From contig NC_073389.1 in assembly GCF_028641065.1 (NCBI RefSeq), forward strand, positions 27,838,001 through 27,902,000: a stretch of DNA of 64,000 nucleotides, given 5' to 3'. The stretch's first letter is position 1, and every line of letters begins with the position of its first letter. The stretch is from Leucoraja erinacea. Lineage: Eukaryota. The notes under the pieces were generated by a model, which saw nothing but the letters and a program-made list of their open reading frames with translations, was not told the origin of the DNA and searched no databases. Of this stretch, positions 25,688 to 37,682 are shown one piece after another. The position numbers and the translations under genes are program-made.

Positions 25688-25794
25688 TACAGGTGCACAA
25701 CCTTTTATCCGAAAGCCTTGGGACCCGACACCTTTCGTAATTCAGAATTTGTCGGTCTTCGGAATGGAATTTTTTTTGCGTAGATTTTAATGGC

Positions 25795-25859
25795 TGGCTC
25801 AGTGGTAGAGTGCTCGGCTCATATCCGCAAGGTCGCGAGTTTGCGCCTTGATCCCGGCA
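25795..25859 (+). pseudogene. tRNA-Met(CAT)-like segment inside the TIR element
   Basis: D arm GCTC-AGTGGTA-GAGT; anticodon arm CGG-CTCATAT-CCG (CAT at 25820-22); variable region AAGGTC; T arm CGAG-TTTGCGC-CTTG; 3' strand TCCCGGCA. The 5' acceptor strand is missing and the T-loop is degenerate. Confidence 0.55.
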
Positions 25860-25864
25860 GAAGA

Positions 25865-27194
25865 AGTTGGAGCGGGGCTGGGCTGGGCTGGGCTGCTGCT
25901 GGCTGTGGGTCTCTCGGTTCTCCGTGCTTGCGGTGGGCCTGGTGGTCGACGTCCAATTGGTCCTGACGTCTCCGGTGACTGCACAGACCTGCAGCCATCG
26001 CCGTCGTGAAGACAGTACAAAGCCCCCACGCCGGTGCAATGAGCGGGGAGCTGGAGAGGGGAGGGAAGGGGTCACACACATGGCCGGGAAGCAGAGGGGT
26101 GTAGGTGGGGTGAAACTGAAGGGAGCGACAATTTGCTGCTGCCTGCACGCTGAGTTTAAAAGTTCCCACGCAAGACTCACGATACACTGTGTATCGTGTC
26201 TACCGTGGGACCTTTTTAACTCAGCGGGCAGGCAGCAGCATATTGTCAATTATTAACCCTCCCGCGCAATATACTCTCACCTTCTCTTTTATGAATGGTG
26301 ATTTAGTTCCCCTTTCTTCGAGGACCGACCGGAGGTTCCGCTGTCACCTCTGCGGGCCGCCCTCGGTGAACGTCCTGTCTCCCTGTCCCTGGGATAGTAG
26401 GGGGCGATCAAACAGCACAATATCCCACTCCCCCTCCAACGCGACCCCAAGAACAAGAAGTACCTTCCACACTATCAGCTTCTGCCCATACACTGCGTGT
26501 TCCTCTGAAGTTGGAACGGGGCTGGGCTGGAGTTGCTGATCTGGGATCTCCGTGCTTGCAGTGGGCCTGGGGGTCGGTGTCCCGATGAGAGGGCGCAGCT
26601 CGGGCTGTGGGCGAACTACCACTTGTCGCCGTAGCGGCCCATCGGGGAGCAGCTTCTGGTGGTCCTGACGTCTCCGGCCAGTTTGCAGTTTTCCTCTGGA
26701 GTTGGAACGGGGCTGGGCTGCTGCTGGCTGTGAGTCTCTGGGATCTCCGTGCTTGTGGTGGGCCTAGGGGTCGGTGTCCCGTTGGTCCTGACGTCTCCGG
26801 TGACTGCACTGCGCTGCTAGAATCGCCGACGTGAAGACAGTGCAAAGCCCCCGCGCCGGTGCAATGAGCGGGGAGCTGGAGAGGGGAGGGAAGGGGTCAC
26901 ACACATGGCCGGGAAGCAGAGGGGTGTAGGTGGTGTGAAACTGAAGGGAGCGACAATTTGCTCTGCCTGCACGCTAAGTTTAAAAGTTCCCACGCAAGAC
27001 TCACGATACACTGTGTATCGTGTCTACCGTGGGAACTTTTTAACCCAGCGGGCAGGCAGCAGCATATTGTCAATTATTAACCCTCCCGCGCAATATACCC
27101 TCACCTCTTTTATGAATGGGGATTTAGTTCCCCTATCTTCGAGGACCGACCGGAGGTTCCGCTGTCACCTCTGCGGGCCGCCCTCGGTGAACGT
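25865..27194 (+). repeat. Internal direct repeats of the TIR element (~25865-26373 and ~26700-27194, partial third copy ~26509-26680)
   Basis: Near-identical blocks, e.g. GCAATGAGCGGGGAGCTGGAGAGGGGAGGGAAGGGGTCACACACATGGCCGGGAAGCAGAGGGGTGTAGG and GACCGACCGGAGGTTCCGCTGTCACCTCTGCGGGCCGCCCTCGGTGAACGT, each present twice. Confidence 0.9.
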
Positions 27195-27839
27195 TTTCAA
27201 GGACCTTTCTTCAAGGACCGAAAAAATGTCGCTATTCGGAGGTTTTCGTTATTTGGATCGTCGGATAAAAGGTTGTGCACCTGTATTGCCAAGTCAAGTC
27301 AAGTCAAGTTTATTTGTCACATACACATACGAGATGTGTAGTGAAATGAAAGTGGCAATGCTCGCGGAACAACAAAACAACCAAACAAATTATAAACACA
27401 TAGTTGTCATTCAGCCTTAATTTTAATTGTTGGAATGATAACAGATTTCCCATTTCATACATGTCGCCTACCCTTTTAATTCCCATTCTTTCCCATTGTT
27501 TGTATGTTTTATCACTATTGGCGTTAGCACTGATGGGTTTCTTAATTTTAAAGTTAATTTTATTTGTTTCCAAATTCATATTGTATTATGGATAATTGGA
27601 TTCTTCTTATATATTGTGTTGTTCAGTTTTATCGGGGAGAAGAGGATCGCTCCTATATCACAAGGAGAACAATCCTCTTTCTCCATCCTTATCCATTTCG
27701 TCTGTTGGGGAGAGCTGTCCAACCAATAAATTATATTCCTCATATGCACTGCCCACTAATAATAATACAAAAAATTAGGAAGTGAGAGTCCCCCAACATC
27801 TTTGGGTTTACACAGATGTTTTTTTTTAATTCTATGTGA

Positions 27840-28646
27840 TCAATAGTCCCAAATAAAGTTGGTAATATTAGAATCTAGTTTTTTTAGTTTTTTTTTAAAT
27901 GTTTTGGTATATATATAGATATAGATATGGATTGAAATATGTATAGTATTTGTGGTAAAAAAAATCATTTTTATAGCATTTATTCTGCCTATTAATAACA
28001 ACGGGAGAGTTTTCCAGAATTTAATCAAGGCATTCAATTTATTTAATAATGGCATAAAATTAGCGTTAAATAATGATTTGTATCTTCTAGTAATTTGAAT
28101 ACCCAAATACTTAAATTTTTCTGTTGCAATTTTAAAGGGAAATTTTAATAAATGAGTTGCTTCATGAGGCTTTAATGACATCATTTCACTTTTATTCCAG
28201 TTTACTCTATATCCTGAAAAATACCCGAATTCCTCTATTAAATTTAATAAGGTCGGAATACTCATTTGTGAATTTGTAATATATAAAAGTATATAATCTG
28301 CATATAATGAGATTTTATTATTTGAGTCTTTAGTATTATATCCCTGAATATTCGGATGAATTCTTATCCTTTCAGCCAAAGGCTCTATCATAAGGGCAAA
28401 TAGCAGGGGTGATAATACACATTCCTGCCTATTGCCCCTCGTTAATTGGAATTTTGGTGATAACATATTATTAATTAATATTCTTGCCGTCAGTTTATCA
28501 TATAGTAATTTTACCCATATAATGAAATTCTCTCCCATATTTTTGGAGTCTACCTGATCAAATGCTTTCTCTGCATCCAGAGAGACAACTGATATATCTT
28601 CTTTTCCCGTTTTATGTGAGTACATTATATTAAATAGGCGTCTCAA
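27840..28646 (-). pseudogene. L1-type ORF2 reverse transcriptase domain (disrupted)
   Basis: RT motifs SLDAEKAFD, RGNRQECVLSPLLF, SLYADYILLY (YADD degenerate), SGYRVNWNKS and FKYLGI. The frame is broken downstream. Confidence 0.88.
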
Positions 28647-29185
28647 ATTATTAAATGATCATCTTTTAGGTATAAACCCCGTTTGGTCTGGATTTATCAA
28701 TTTATTAATATATTTACTCAATCTTCTTGCTTCCATGGACTTTAAACTTTACTTTATCCAGAATCCAGAACAAGGGGTCACAGTTTAAGGATAAAGGGGA
28801 AATCTTTTAGGACCGAGATGAGGAAAACTTTTTTCACACAGAGTGGTGAATCTCTGGAATTCTCTGCCACAGAAGGTAGTTGAGGCCAGTTCATTGGCTG
28901 TATTTAAGAGTTAGATATGGCCCTTGTGGCTAAAGGGATCAGGGGGTATGGAGATAAGGCAGGAACAGGATACTGAGTTGGATGATCAGCCATGATCATA
29001 TTGAATGGTGGTGCAGGCTCGAAGGGCCGAATGGTCTACTCCTGCACCTATTTTCTATGTTTCTATGAATGGCCTAATTCTGCTCTTATGAAATATTATA
29101 TTATTTTAAAATGTCAGTATGCGCACGCTGTGTATGTTGAAATCATGAGGGGAATAAATAGGACGGATGCACAGAGTCTTTCGCC

Positions 29186-30200
29186 TATAAATCCATGCTG
29201 ACTTTGTCCAATGAATTCACCACTTTCCAAATGTGCTGCTATCCCATCTTTAATAACTGACTCTAGCAGTTTCCCCACTACTGATGTTAGACTAACTGGT
29301 CTGTAATTCCCCGTTTTCTCTCTCCCTCCCTTCTTAAAAAGTGGGGTTACGTTTGCTACCCGCCAATCCTCAGGAACTACTCCAGAATCTAAAGTGTTTT
29401 GAAAGATTATTATTAATGCATCCACTATTTCTGGAGCTACTTCCTTAAGTACTCTGGGATGCAGCCTATCTGGCCCTGGGGATTTATCGGCCTTTAATCC
29501 ATTCAATTTACCCAACCCCACTTCCCGGCTAACCTGGATTTCACTCAATTCCTCCAACTCCTTTGACCCGCGGTCCCCTGCTATTTCCGGCAAATTATTT
29601 ATGTCTTCCTTAGTGAAGACGGAACCAAAGTAGTTATTCAATTGGTCCGCCATATCCTTGTTCCCCATGATGAACTCACCCGTTTCTGACTGCAAGGGAC
29701 CTACATTTGTTTTAACTAATCTCTTTCTTTTCACATATCTATAAAAACTTTTGCAGTCAGATTTTATGTTCCCGGCCAGTTTTCTTTCATAATCTATTTT
29801 TCCTTTCCTAATTAAGCCCTTTGTCCTCCTCTGCTGGTCTCTGAATTTCTCCCAGTCCTCTGGTATGCTGCTTTTTCTGGCTAATTTGTACGCATCATCC
29901 TTCGCTTTGATACTATCCCTGATTTCCCTTGTTATCCACGGATGTACTACCTTCCCTGATTTATTCTTTTGCCAAACTGGGATGAACAATTTTTGTAGTT
30001 CATCCATGCAGCCTTTAAATGTCTTCCACTGCATATCCACCGTCAACCCTTTTAGAATTAATTGCCAGTCAATCTTGGCCAATTCACGTCTCATACCCTC
30101 AAAGTTACCTTTCTTTAAGTTCAGAACCATTGTTTCTGAATTAACAATGTCACTCTCCATCCTAATGAAGAACTCAACCATATTATGGTCACTCTTGCCC
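29186..30200 (-). mobile_element. CR1 ORF2 internal fragment (end of APE endonuclease, linker, start of RT)
   Basis: Uninterrupted frame: GKSDHNMVEF (APE SDH motif), WITREI, K.F..YVK.KR, LNNYFGSVFTKED, KSPGPD.LHPRVLKE, VPEDWRVANVTPLFKKG, NYRPVSLTS and SQHGF. Confidence 0.92.
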
Positions 30201-30224
30201 ATGGCTGATCATTATTTGTTGTTG

Positions 30225-30775
30225 GATAGATACAGCGTGAAAACAGATCCTTCAGCCCACCGAGTCCACGCCGATCATCGATCACCCCATCACACTAGAT
30301 CAATGTTATCCCAGTTGCTCATCCACTCCCGACACGCTAGGGGCAATTTACAGAGGATTAATTAACCTACAAACCCGCACGTCTTTGGGATGTGGAAGGA
30401 AACTGGACCACCCGGAGGAAACCCTGGCGGTCACAGAGAGAACAACACAGATACATAGACAGGATCGAACCATGTATAGTTTAGTTGAGTTTAGAGATAC
30501 AACACGGAACAGGCGCTTCGGCCCACCGGGTCTGTGCCGACCATTGATTCCAGTACACTAGCATTATCCAACACATTATGGACAATTTACAATTTTTATC
30601 GGCTAATTAACCTACAAACTTGCAGGTTTTTGGAGTGTGGGAGGAAACCAGAGCACCCGGAGAAAACCCACACAGTCACGGGGAGAATGTACAAACTTTG
30701 TACAGACGACACTTGTAGTGAGGATCGGACCTGGGTCTCTGTCGTTTTGAGGCAGCAGCTCTACCCGCTGCGTCC
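30225..30775 (-). mobile_element. Two adjacent HE1/V-SINE-like SINEs (30225-30470, 30478-30775)
   Basis: Two successive tail-core-head units on the minus strand. Confidence 0.75.
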
Positions 30776-31331
30776 AGTGTAGCTGGTTCTGTCTATGTTA
30801 TTGACTGTATCTGTTGTCAAACTACAATGAAATAGGTATGGAGTTAGGGCTTTATAATGAATCTCAGACATGATACATAATTCAAGCAGTCGGTGGCAAT
30901 GGTATTGTGCATGGTTGGAGTCTGTAAGATGTGTTTGATGTTGTGTCAGTATTACCACAAAGCCATCTCTAATGTGAAAAGCATGTGAAGATTAAAAACA
31001 AAATCCCGTTTCATTTTCCTGACTGCAAAGAGTGATGGACAGATGTACATGAGTACTCCACAGCTTTGTTCTTGAGCAGTCGATATTTGTACACTCACAG
31101 CTACATGTTTACAGTGGGACAAATAATGTAAGACTCTTCCAGATGGGATGGATTGCCGTTTCCATTCTACAGTACAAGCTTCATGTTTTGAAATAATTCT
31201 CTCTAGCTTAGCCTTTAGTGTCTTTAAATTTCAGTCCAAGATGATATAGTCATAGAGCTCTACAGTACAGGAACAGGCCCTTCAGCCCATAATGTCCATG
31301 CCCAGCATGATGCCAAGTTCAATTTTTTTAT

Positions 31332-31617
31332 ATAGAGATCCAGTGCTGAAACAGACCCCTCGGCCCCACTGGAACCGTGATGACCAGCGATCCCCGCACA
31401 CTGACATTATCCCACACACACTTTGGACAATTTACAATTTTACCGAAGCAAATGAATCTACAAACCTGTATGTCTTTGGATTGTGGGAGGAAACCAGGGC
31501 ACCCGGAGAAAACTCACATGGTCATGGGGAGAACATAAAACTCCGTACAGACAGCAGCTGTAGTCGGGATCAAACCCGGGTCTCTTGCTCAGTAAGGTAG
31601 CACCTCTACCGCTGTGT
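31332..31617 (-). mobile_element. HE1/V-SINE-like SINE
   Basis: Family core and B-box remnant. Confidence 0.72.
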
Positions 31618-31881
31618 TGCATCTCTGAAATCTAAAGTAAAGTCTAAAGATTACATGTCCTACATTACTCTTTTTCTACATACACTCTTTGTATCTATAT
31701 CTCTGTCTAATTGTCTTTTAAAAGTTGCCATTATGTCCACTTCTATAGCTTCCTCTGGTAGCTCATTCCAGATACAGACTACCCTCTGAATGGAAAAAGT
31801 TGCCCCTTTGGTCCCATCTAAATATTTTTCCATTTTGTTGAATTGGAACAAAATCAAACCATAAACCAAAATTCTTGTTTC

Positions 31882-32770
31882 CAAGAGTCAAGAGTCAAGA
31901 GAGTCAAGAGTCAATTTAATTGTCATTTGGACCCCTAGAGGTCCAAACGAAATGCCGTTTCTGCAGCCATACATTACACACAAATAGACCCAGACACAAC
32001 ATAATTACATTTTACATAAACATCCATCACATAGCTGTGATGGAAGGCCAAAAAAAACTTATCTCTCCACTGCACTCTCTCCCCCCCCCCCGATGTCAGA
32101 GTCAAAGTCAAAGCCCCCGGCTGGCGATGGCGATTGTCCCGCGGCCATTGAAGCCACGCCGGGTGGTGCGAGGTCGCACACCGGGTCTTGGTGTTGGAGC
32201 CCCCGGTGTGCGCTCGCAAAGTCCCGCGGCCATTCCAGCCGCGCGGGGCAGTGGTGTCAGGCCCCGCTCCAGGAGCTCTTCAACCCCGCAACACGGGCGG
32301 GAGAATTCGCCGTTGCAGGAGCCCCGAAAAGCGGTCTCTCTCCAGGGATCCGCGGGCTCCCGGCGCCGCTGTCCGCAGACCCGCAGCAGCAGCCTCCGAC
32401 TCAGCAGCGGCATCGGCAGCAGCAGCAGCAGCAGCAGCGGCAGCGGCAGCAGCGCTCGCTCCTCCACCGCTCCAACCGCTCCGGACTCGGCCAGCCCCGC
32501 GACGGCGACGGTGAGTAGCACCAGAGTCCCCGGCTTCTTCCTGTTGGAGGCCGCTCCTCGTTGCGGCCCCAACGACAACGGAAACCCGACGAGAAAAGGT
32601 CGGGTCTCCAGTGCAGGGAGAGATTTAAAAAGTTTCCCCCCCCCTCCCACCCCCCCCCACACACACACCCCAACAAAAAATAACAAAAACTACATTAAAA
32701 CACAGACAGAAAATAATAAAAACGCGGACAGACTGCAGAGGCCGCTGCTGGCCAGAGCCGCGCCGCCTAC
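31882..32770 (-). mobile_element. GC/CpG-rich non-autonomous retroposon with LINE-type 3' stem-loop and (TTGACTC)n tail
   Basis: 3' hairpin TTTGGACC-CCTAGA-GGTCCAAA and a microsatellite tail at 31882-31912. The 3' part recurs at 55275-55450. Related to the 37.1 kb and 42.1 kb elements. Confidence 0.65.
32383..32452 (+). repeat. Interrupted (CAG)n trinucleotide tract
   Basis: GCAGCAGCAGC...GGCAGCAGCAGCAGCAGCAGCAGCGGCAGCGGCAGCAGC. Confidence 0.85.
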
Positions 32771-34142
32771 AAGCTGTAACTCTAAACGTTCACCTTAAGC
32801 CTCTACCCTCTAGTTTTAGAATCTTCTACCATGGGGGGGGGTGGAAAGGCATTCACTTTATTCATGCCCCTCATGATCCTGTACACTTCAATAAGGTCAC
32901 TCCTCAGCCTCCTATGCTCTAAAGTAAAATATCCCAGCCTGTCTAACCTTTCTCTATAATTCAAGCTCACAATCCAGATTTGGTTTAATTTAGTTTAGAT
33001 ACAACATGGAAACAGGCCCTTCGACCCACCAAGTCTATGGCAATCATCGATCACCCATTCACACTAACTAGCTCCACATTATCCCATCATTTTCTCATCA
33101 ATCCCTGCACATTAGGGGCAATTTACAGGGGTCAATTAAACTATACATTGCACATGAACCTGGTGGTCATGGTTTTCAGGCTTTCTGCACCCTTTTCCCA
33201 ATGATGGGAGAGAAAAGAGAGCACGGCCAGGGTGGTCAAGGTCTTTGATGATGCCTTCTGTTGACCCCTTTGATGATGGACCCCATGATAGGACAGTTCA
33301 CCACTCTCCATAATCATTCCTGGGTGTTCAAGTTGCTGAACCAGGCCGTGATGCAGTCTGTGTAGGAAGGAACTGCAGATGCTGGTTTACACCAAAGATA
33401 GACAAAAAGCTGGAGTAACTCAGCCGGTTAGACAGCGTCTCTGGAGAAAAGAAATGGGTGACGTTTTGAATCGAGACCGTTCTTCTGAATGAGACCCGGG
33501 GGAGAGGGAATCCAGAGATATGAAAAGGTACATAGAACAAATTAATGAAAGATAATACAAAAAGACAGATCAAAGCCAGCAATGATTATCAATGAAAGGT
33601 GGAGCCCTCAATGGTCTATTGTTGGCTATGGGGAAGGTGACAATGAGTAATACAAACAGTGTAAATGGAGTCTATTGTAAATCCTCCTCCCAATCTGTTT
33701 CTGACCAATATTTATGAGCCAACCTACTGACTGGGTCTCCTCGCACAAGGTGTAGATGCAGATTGCCTTCAGTCGGCATGCAGCATTTATGCGTGTGGCA
33801 CTCCAGGCTTATCCAAATCCACCCACAAATTCATTCTCAATTCAGAATTTTAGCTTTCCACTAATACCTAGGGCTTCAATTGTACAGAGAAGCCTCTTAT
33901 TTAATACCTCAGCAAAAGCCTTCTGAAAGCTGCATTTGTATATGTGATAACTGCACAAAATTCGAAAGTCGGTTGCTATATTTATGTTAGTGCCGTATTC
34001 ATAAATGGAATTTCCATTTCTGCATTTTTCTACTATTGTTAGTTTATATGCCCTCTATGCTTGTCATTTATTTGATAATCTTTCACACTGTATGTAGCAA
34101 TCAATATGATATTGCCATGATATAGCAACTTTCAATATAATG

Positions 34143-34448
34143 TTTAGTTTAGAGATACAGCGCAGAAACAGGCCCTTTGGCCCACCGAGTCTGTGCCAAC
34201 CAGTAATCCCCGCACATTAACACTAGCCTACACACACTCGGGACAATGTACTTATAACAAGCCAATTTACCTACAAACCTGTACGTCTTTGGTGTGTGGG
34301 AGGAAACCAAAGATCTCGGAGAAAACCCACGCGGACACGGGGAGAACGTACACTCCGTACAGACAGCACCGTAGTCCGGATCGAACCCGGGTCTCGGGCG
34401 CCTCAAGCGCTGTAAGGCAGCAACTCTACATCTGCGCCACCGCGCCGC
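34143..34448 (-). mobile_element. HE1/V-SINE-like SINE, CpG-rich (young)
   Basis: GGCGCGGTGGCGCAG A box, GGGTTCGATCC B box and (TAAAC)n tail. Confidence 0.82.
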
Positions 34449-34700
34449 ACTACTTATCATTTTTAAAGCTTACTTTTTCTAAAGAAAACAGTGAGAATAT
34501 TTCCCAATCAAGATGTTTTTATCTGATATACATCGTTGTTATCTTTAAACTCGTCATGTCATAGAGCCATACAGTGAGGAAACAGGCCCTTCGGCCCAAC
34601 CTGGCCACACTGACCAACATGTCCCATCTACACTAGTCCCACCTGCCTGCATTTGGTCCATATACCTCTAAACCTGTCCTATCCATGTACATGTCTAAAT

Positions 34701-34946
34701 GTTTAGTTTAGTTTAGACATACAGCGCGGAAACAGGCCCTTCGGCCCACCGGGTCCGTGCCGACCTGCCATCCACACACATTAACACCATCCTACACACA
34801 CCAGGGACAATTTACCTTTATACAAAGCCAATTAACCTACAAACCTGCACGTCTTTGGAGTGTGGGAGGAAACCGAAGATCTCGGAGAAAACCCACGCAG
34901 GTCATGGGGACAAAGTGCAAACTCCGTACAGACAGCACCAGTAGTC
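34701..34946 (-). mobile_element. HE1/V-SINE-like SINE (5'-truncated) inside a CR1 tail
   Basis: Core and tail; CR1 3' UTR on both sides. Confidence 0.75.
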
Positions 34947-35382
34947 GGGTGCTTCCAACTTTCAGGTGCAATGTTTCTTAAACGTTGCGATAGTACCTGC
35001 CTCAACTATATTCTGCACTCTGTATCTTCCCCTTCGCTCTACCTATTATACTAAGTTTGACTTTGTTTATGAGTTTTGTTCTATTATCTGATCCGATTGG
35101 ATAGCATGCAAATCAAAGCTGTACCTTGGTACACATGACAATAATAAACAAGAACCTAAACAAATTTGTACGAAGGAACAGCAGATATTCTTTTTATCAT
35201 TCGTATAGTTTTCAACGGGCCCGATATTCACACCGCCTTTGTGCTGCTCGCTCTCTCCGCTCCTGCAACCGGAAGCTCCCGCCACGTTGGGTGCAACGGG
35301 AGCCTTGGTCCGCTATAACCAAAATCCGATATATAGGTTATATCCGATGTATAGGTTATATCCGTTTGAGGGTTTACAGAAT

Positions 35383-35410
35383 CTGAAGAAGGGTCTCAAC
35401 CTGAAACGTC
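35383..35410 (+). ncRNA. Minimal hammerhead ribozyme-like core in a PLE terminal repeat
   Basis: CUGAAGA-A-GGGU-CUCA-ACCU-GAAAC-GUC with core nucleotides intact, on the same strand as the host pre-mRNA. Stem I is weak. Confidence 0.5.
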
Positions 35411-37059
35411 ACCTATTCTTTTTTTCCAGAGATGCTGCCTGACCCACTGAGTTGCTCCAGCGTTTTGTGTCTATCAGTTATAGAGCGGTTCGTTATTGCA
35501 AGGATTTGCTGTATTGGATGAACCACTTTGGTGACGTACACCTAGAGAGAGATTGAAGAGCGTTAATGTTTTTTTTATTAGCTGACATCCGCATAAGGCA
35601 GGACTGACTAGTTCCTGTAAATTGCCCTCCGTCTGAGACGGCTGTCTGGTCCCACTGTCTATCCAATTCCGTATGCTGGAGTAATGTCTTCTTTTGATGA
35701 ATAGATTGTCATAATGACAGTAAATTGCTGCTCCGGCAATGACTTTTTTTCCCCAGACCTTCTTGCAAAGACAACACTACAATTAATGCTGTTACACAAA
35801 ATTCTTTCTCGTTCTGGTAAACATAGCTGGAGGCTGGGTAAATTCCACACAATACTATGTATCAAGTGTTGGTTTTAGATTGTGCTCTTTGCGTAAGGAG
35901 TATTGGCATCTGTTACCAGAGTAGATGGGTGTACAGTAGCAACACAATGGAGCAGCGGGTAGAGCCACTGCCTTACCACACCAGAGACCCAGGTTCGTTC
36001 CTGTCGGTGTGTGTGGAGTTTGCATGCTCTCCCAGTGACCACATAGGTTTACTCCTGATGCTCCGGTTTCCTCCCACCTCCCAAAGACATGCAGGTTTGC
36101 TTTTCACAATGCAAATAGAACTGCAAGTAAAATGTATTTGTTCTGTTTTGGTGCATATTGACTCTTGAACTAGTGCGAACAGGTGATCGCTGGCCAGTGT
36201 GGGGCCCGTTTCCTTGCTGTATCTCCAAACTAAATAGATACATAGATATGTAGAAAATAGGTGCAGGAGTAGGCCATTCGGCCCTTCGAGCCTGCACCAC
36301 CATTCAATATGATCATGGCTGATCATCCAACTCGGTATCCCGTACCTGCCTTCTCTCCATACCCCCTGATCCCTTTAGCCACAAGGGCCACATCTAACTA
36401 ACTCCCTCTTAAATATAGCCAATGAACTGGCCTCAACTACCCTCTGTGGCAGAGAGTTCCAGAGATTCACCACTCTCTGTGAAAAATGTTTTTCTCATCT
36501 CGGTCTTAAAGGATTTCCCCCTTATCCTTAAGCTGTGACCCCTTGTCCTGGACTTCCCCAACATCGGGAACAATCTTCCTGCATCTAGCCTGTCCATCCC
36601 CTTAAGATTAAAATGTAAATATCACTCTCTGAATCAGAAGTATTAAAGGAAAGTCCAAAAGCTCAAGAAAATTCCACGCCCTTTGTTTGAAGGTGAGGAG
36701 GGCAAGATTTAGCAGGAAACTGAGGGGCAACTTTGATTAGTACAGGTGACAGGAATTATGGGGAGAAGACTGTCAAGTGTCATGCTCGGTATTGGAAAGC
36801 AGCCAACAGCTTAGTCACTGTGTAGTAAGGAACTGCAGATGCTGGTTTACACTGAAGATAGACACAAAATGCTGCAGTAACTCAGCGGGTCAGGCAGCGT
36901 CTCTGGAGAAAAGGAATAGGTGATTTTGGGTCGAGATCCTTCCTCAGACTGAGAGTCAGGGGAGAGTGGAACTAGAAATATGAAGAGGTCCAACCGTTTC
37001 GGCTCAATAACCTTCCTCGGGCTGAGAGAACTTTAGGCCGAAGGACTTGTTTCTGTTAT

Positions 37060-37682
37060 TTTTAGTGCGTCTTAATGTATGTTTTAATGTTTTTCGGTAT
37101 GTTTGATGTGGGGTGTTGCGGGACGGTGGTGGGGGGGGATATAGGGGGAAACCGTTTTCAGTCACTTACCTCGACGAGTTGCGACTTTTCTCCTTGTCGC
37201 ATCTTCGCCCCCCTCACGGCCTAACACCTGGTTTGGTGCGGCCTCTCCAGACCAGAGACTGGTCCAGAACTTCGGCAGCAGGCGCGGTGCGGACTTACCA
37301 TCACAGAGCCTGGGGTCCCTTGCCGGGGATCGCCAGAAGAAGTGCTCCGACCGCTGGCGATCTTTAACATCATGAAGTCGCAGTCTCCGGTAAGAAGCGG
37401 CCGATTCAGGAACTCCAAGCCGCGGAGTGTGTTCTAATCCATCCCGATGTCGGAGTTTCGATCATCCCGACAAGAGGGCTTGTACATCGGGCCGTCCGTA
37501 ACGGCGACTGCGGAGGGTCAAGGCTCCGACCACAGGTGAACAAAGGAGGAAGATTGACTGAATTTATCGCCTTCCATCACAGTGAGGAGTGCTGATTCCA
37601 CTGTATGTCTGTATGTTAACTGAAATATCACTGTACCTTAATTTATGCATGTGACAATAAATGTCAACTTGAACTTGAACTC
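37060..37682 (+). mobile_element. GC-rich non-autonomous retroposon
   Basis: Colinear with the reverse complement of 42075-42895 (e.g. CCAGAAGAAGTGCTCCGACCGC, GAAGCGGCCGATT, GGCGACTGCGGAGGGT). Ends GACAATAAA...(CTTGAA)n. Confidence 0.65.

Larger units (their letters stand above)
25690..27283. mobile_element. Non-autonomous Tc1/mariner-superfamily (pogo/Tigger-like) TIR element, 1594 bp, inserted in L1 ORF2
   Basis: Perfect 23-bp TIRs CAGGTGCACAACCTTTTATCCGA (25690-25712; reverse complement 27261-27283) and TA TSDs (25688-89, 27284-85). The CpG-rich interior has ~500-bp direct repeats and no transposase ORF. Confidence 0.88.
24228..28729 (-). mobile_element. 5'-truncated L1-clade (L1/Tx1-like) LINE with poly(A) tail and 14-bp TSD, split by nested insertions
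   Basis: TSD CTTCCATGGACTTT at 24214-24227 and 28730-28743. The empty site reads ...ACTTT/AAAC, matching the L1 endonuclease consensus. The T-rich tract at 24228-24253 is the A-tail/AATAAA on the minus strand. ORF2 remnants lie inside. Confidence 0.88.

Noticed and set aside
25656-27420. Multiple 100-200 aa ORFs in the TIR element
   Set aside because: GC-rich repeats with no DDE/DDD or HTH motifs; not a transposase.
31920-32798. 292-aa (+) ORF with poly-Ser and overlapping poly-Q/poly-A/poly-L ORFs
   Set aside because: Open in several frames because of the GC-rich retroposon and (CAG)n tract; no domain or exon evidence.
35178-35513. Possible TIR element with an 18-bp tandem repeat (ATCCGAT.TATAGGTTAT x2)
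   Set aside because: The right end looks Tigger-like (…GATTTGCTG|TA) but the left end matches too poorly to define TIRs.
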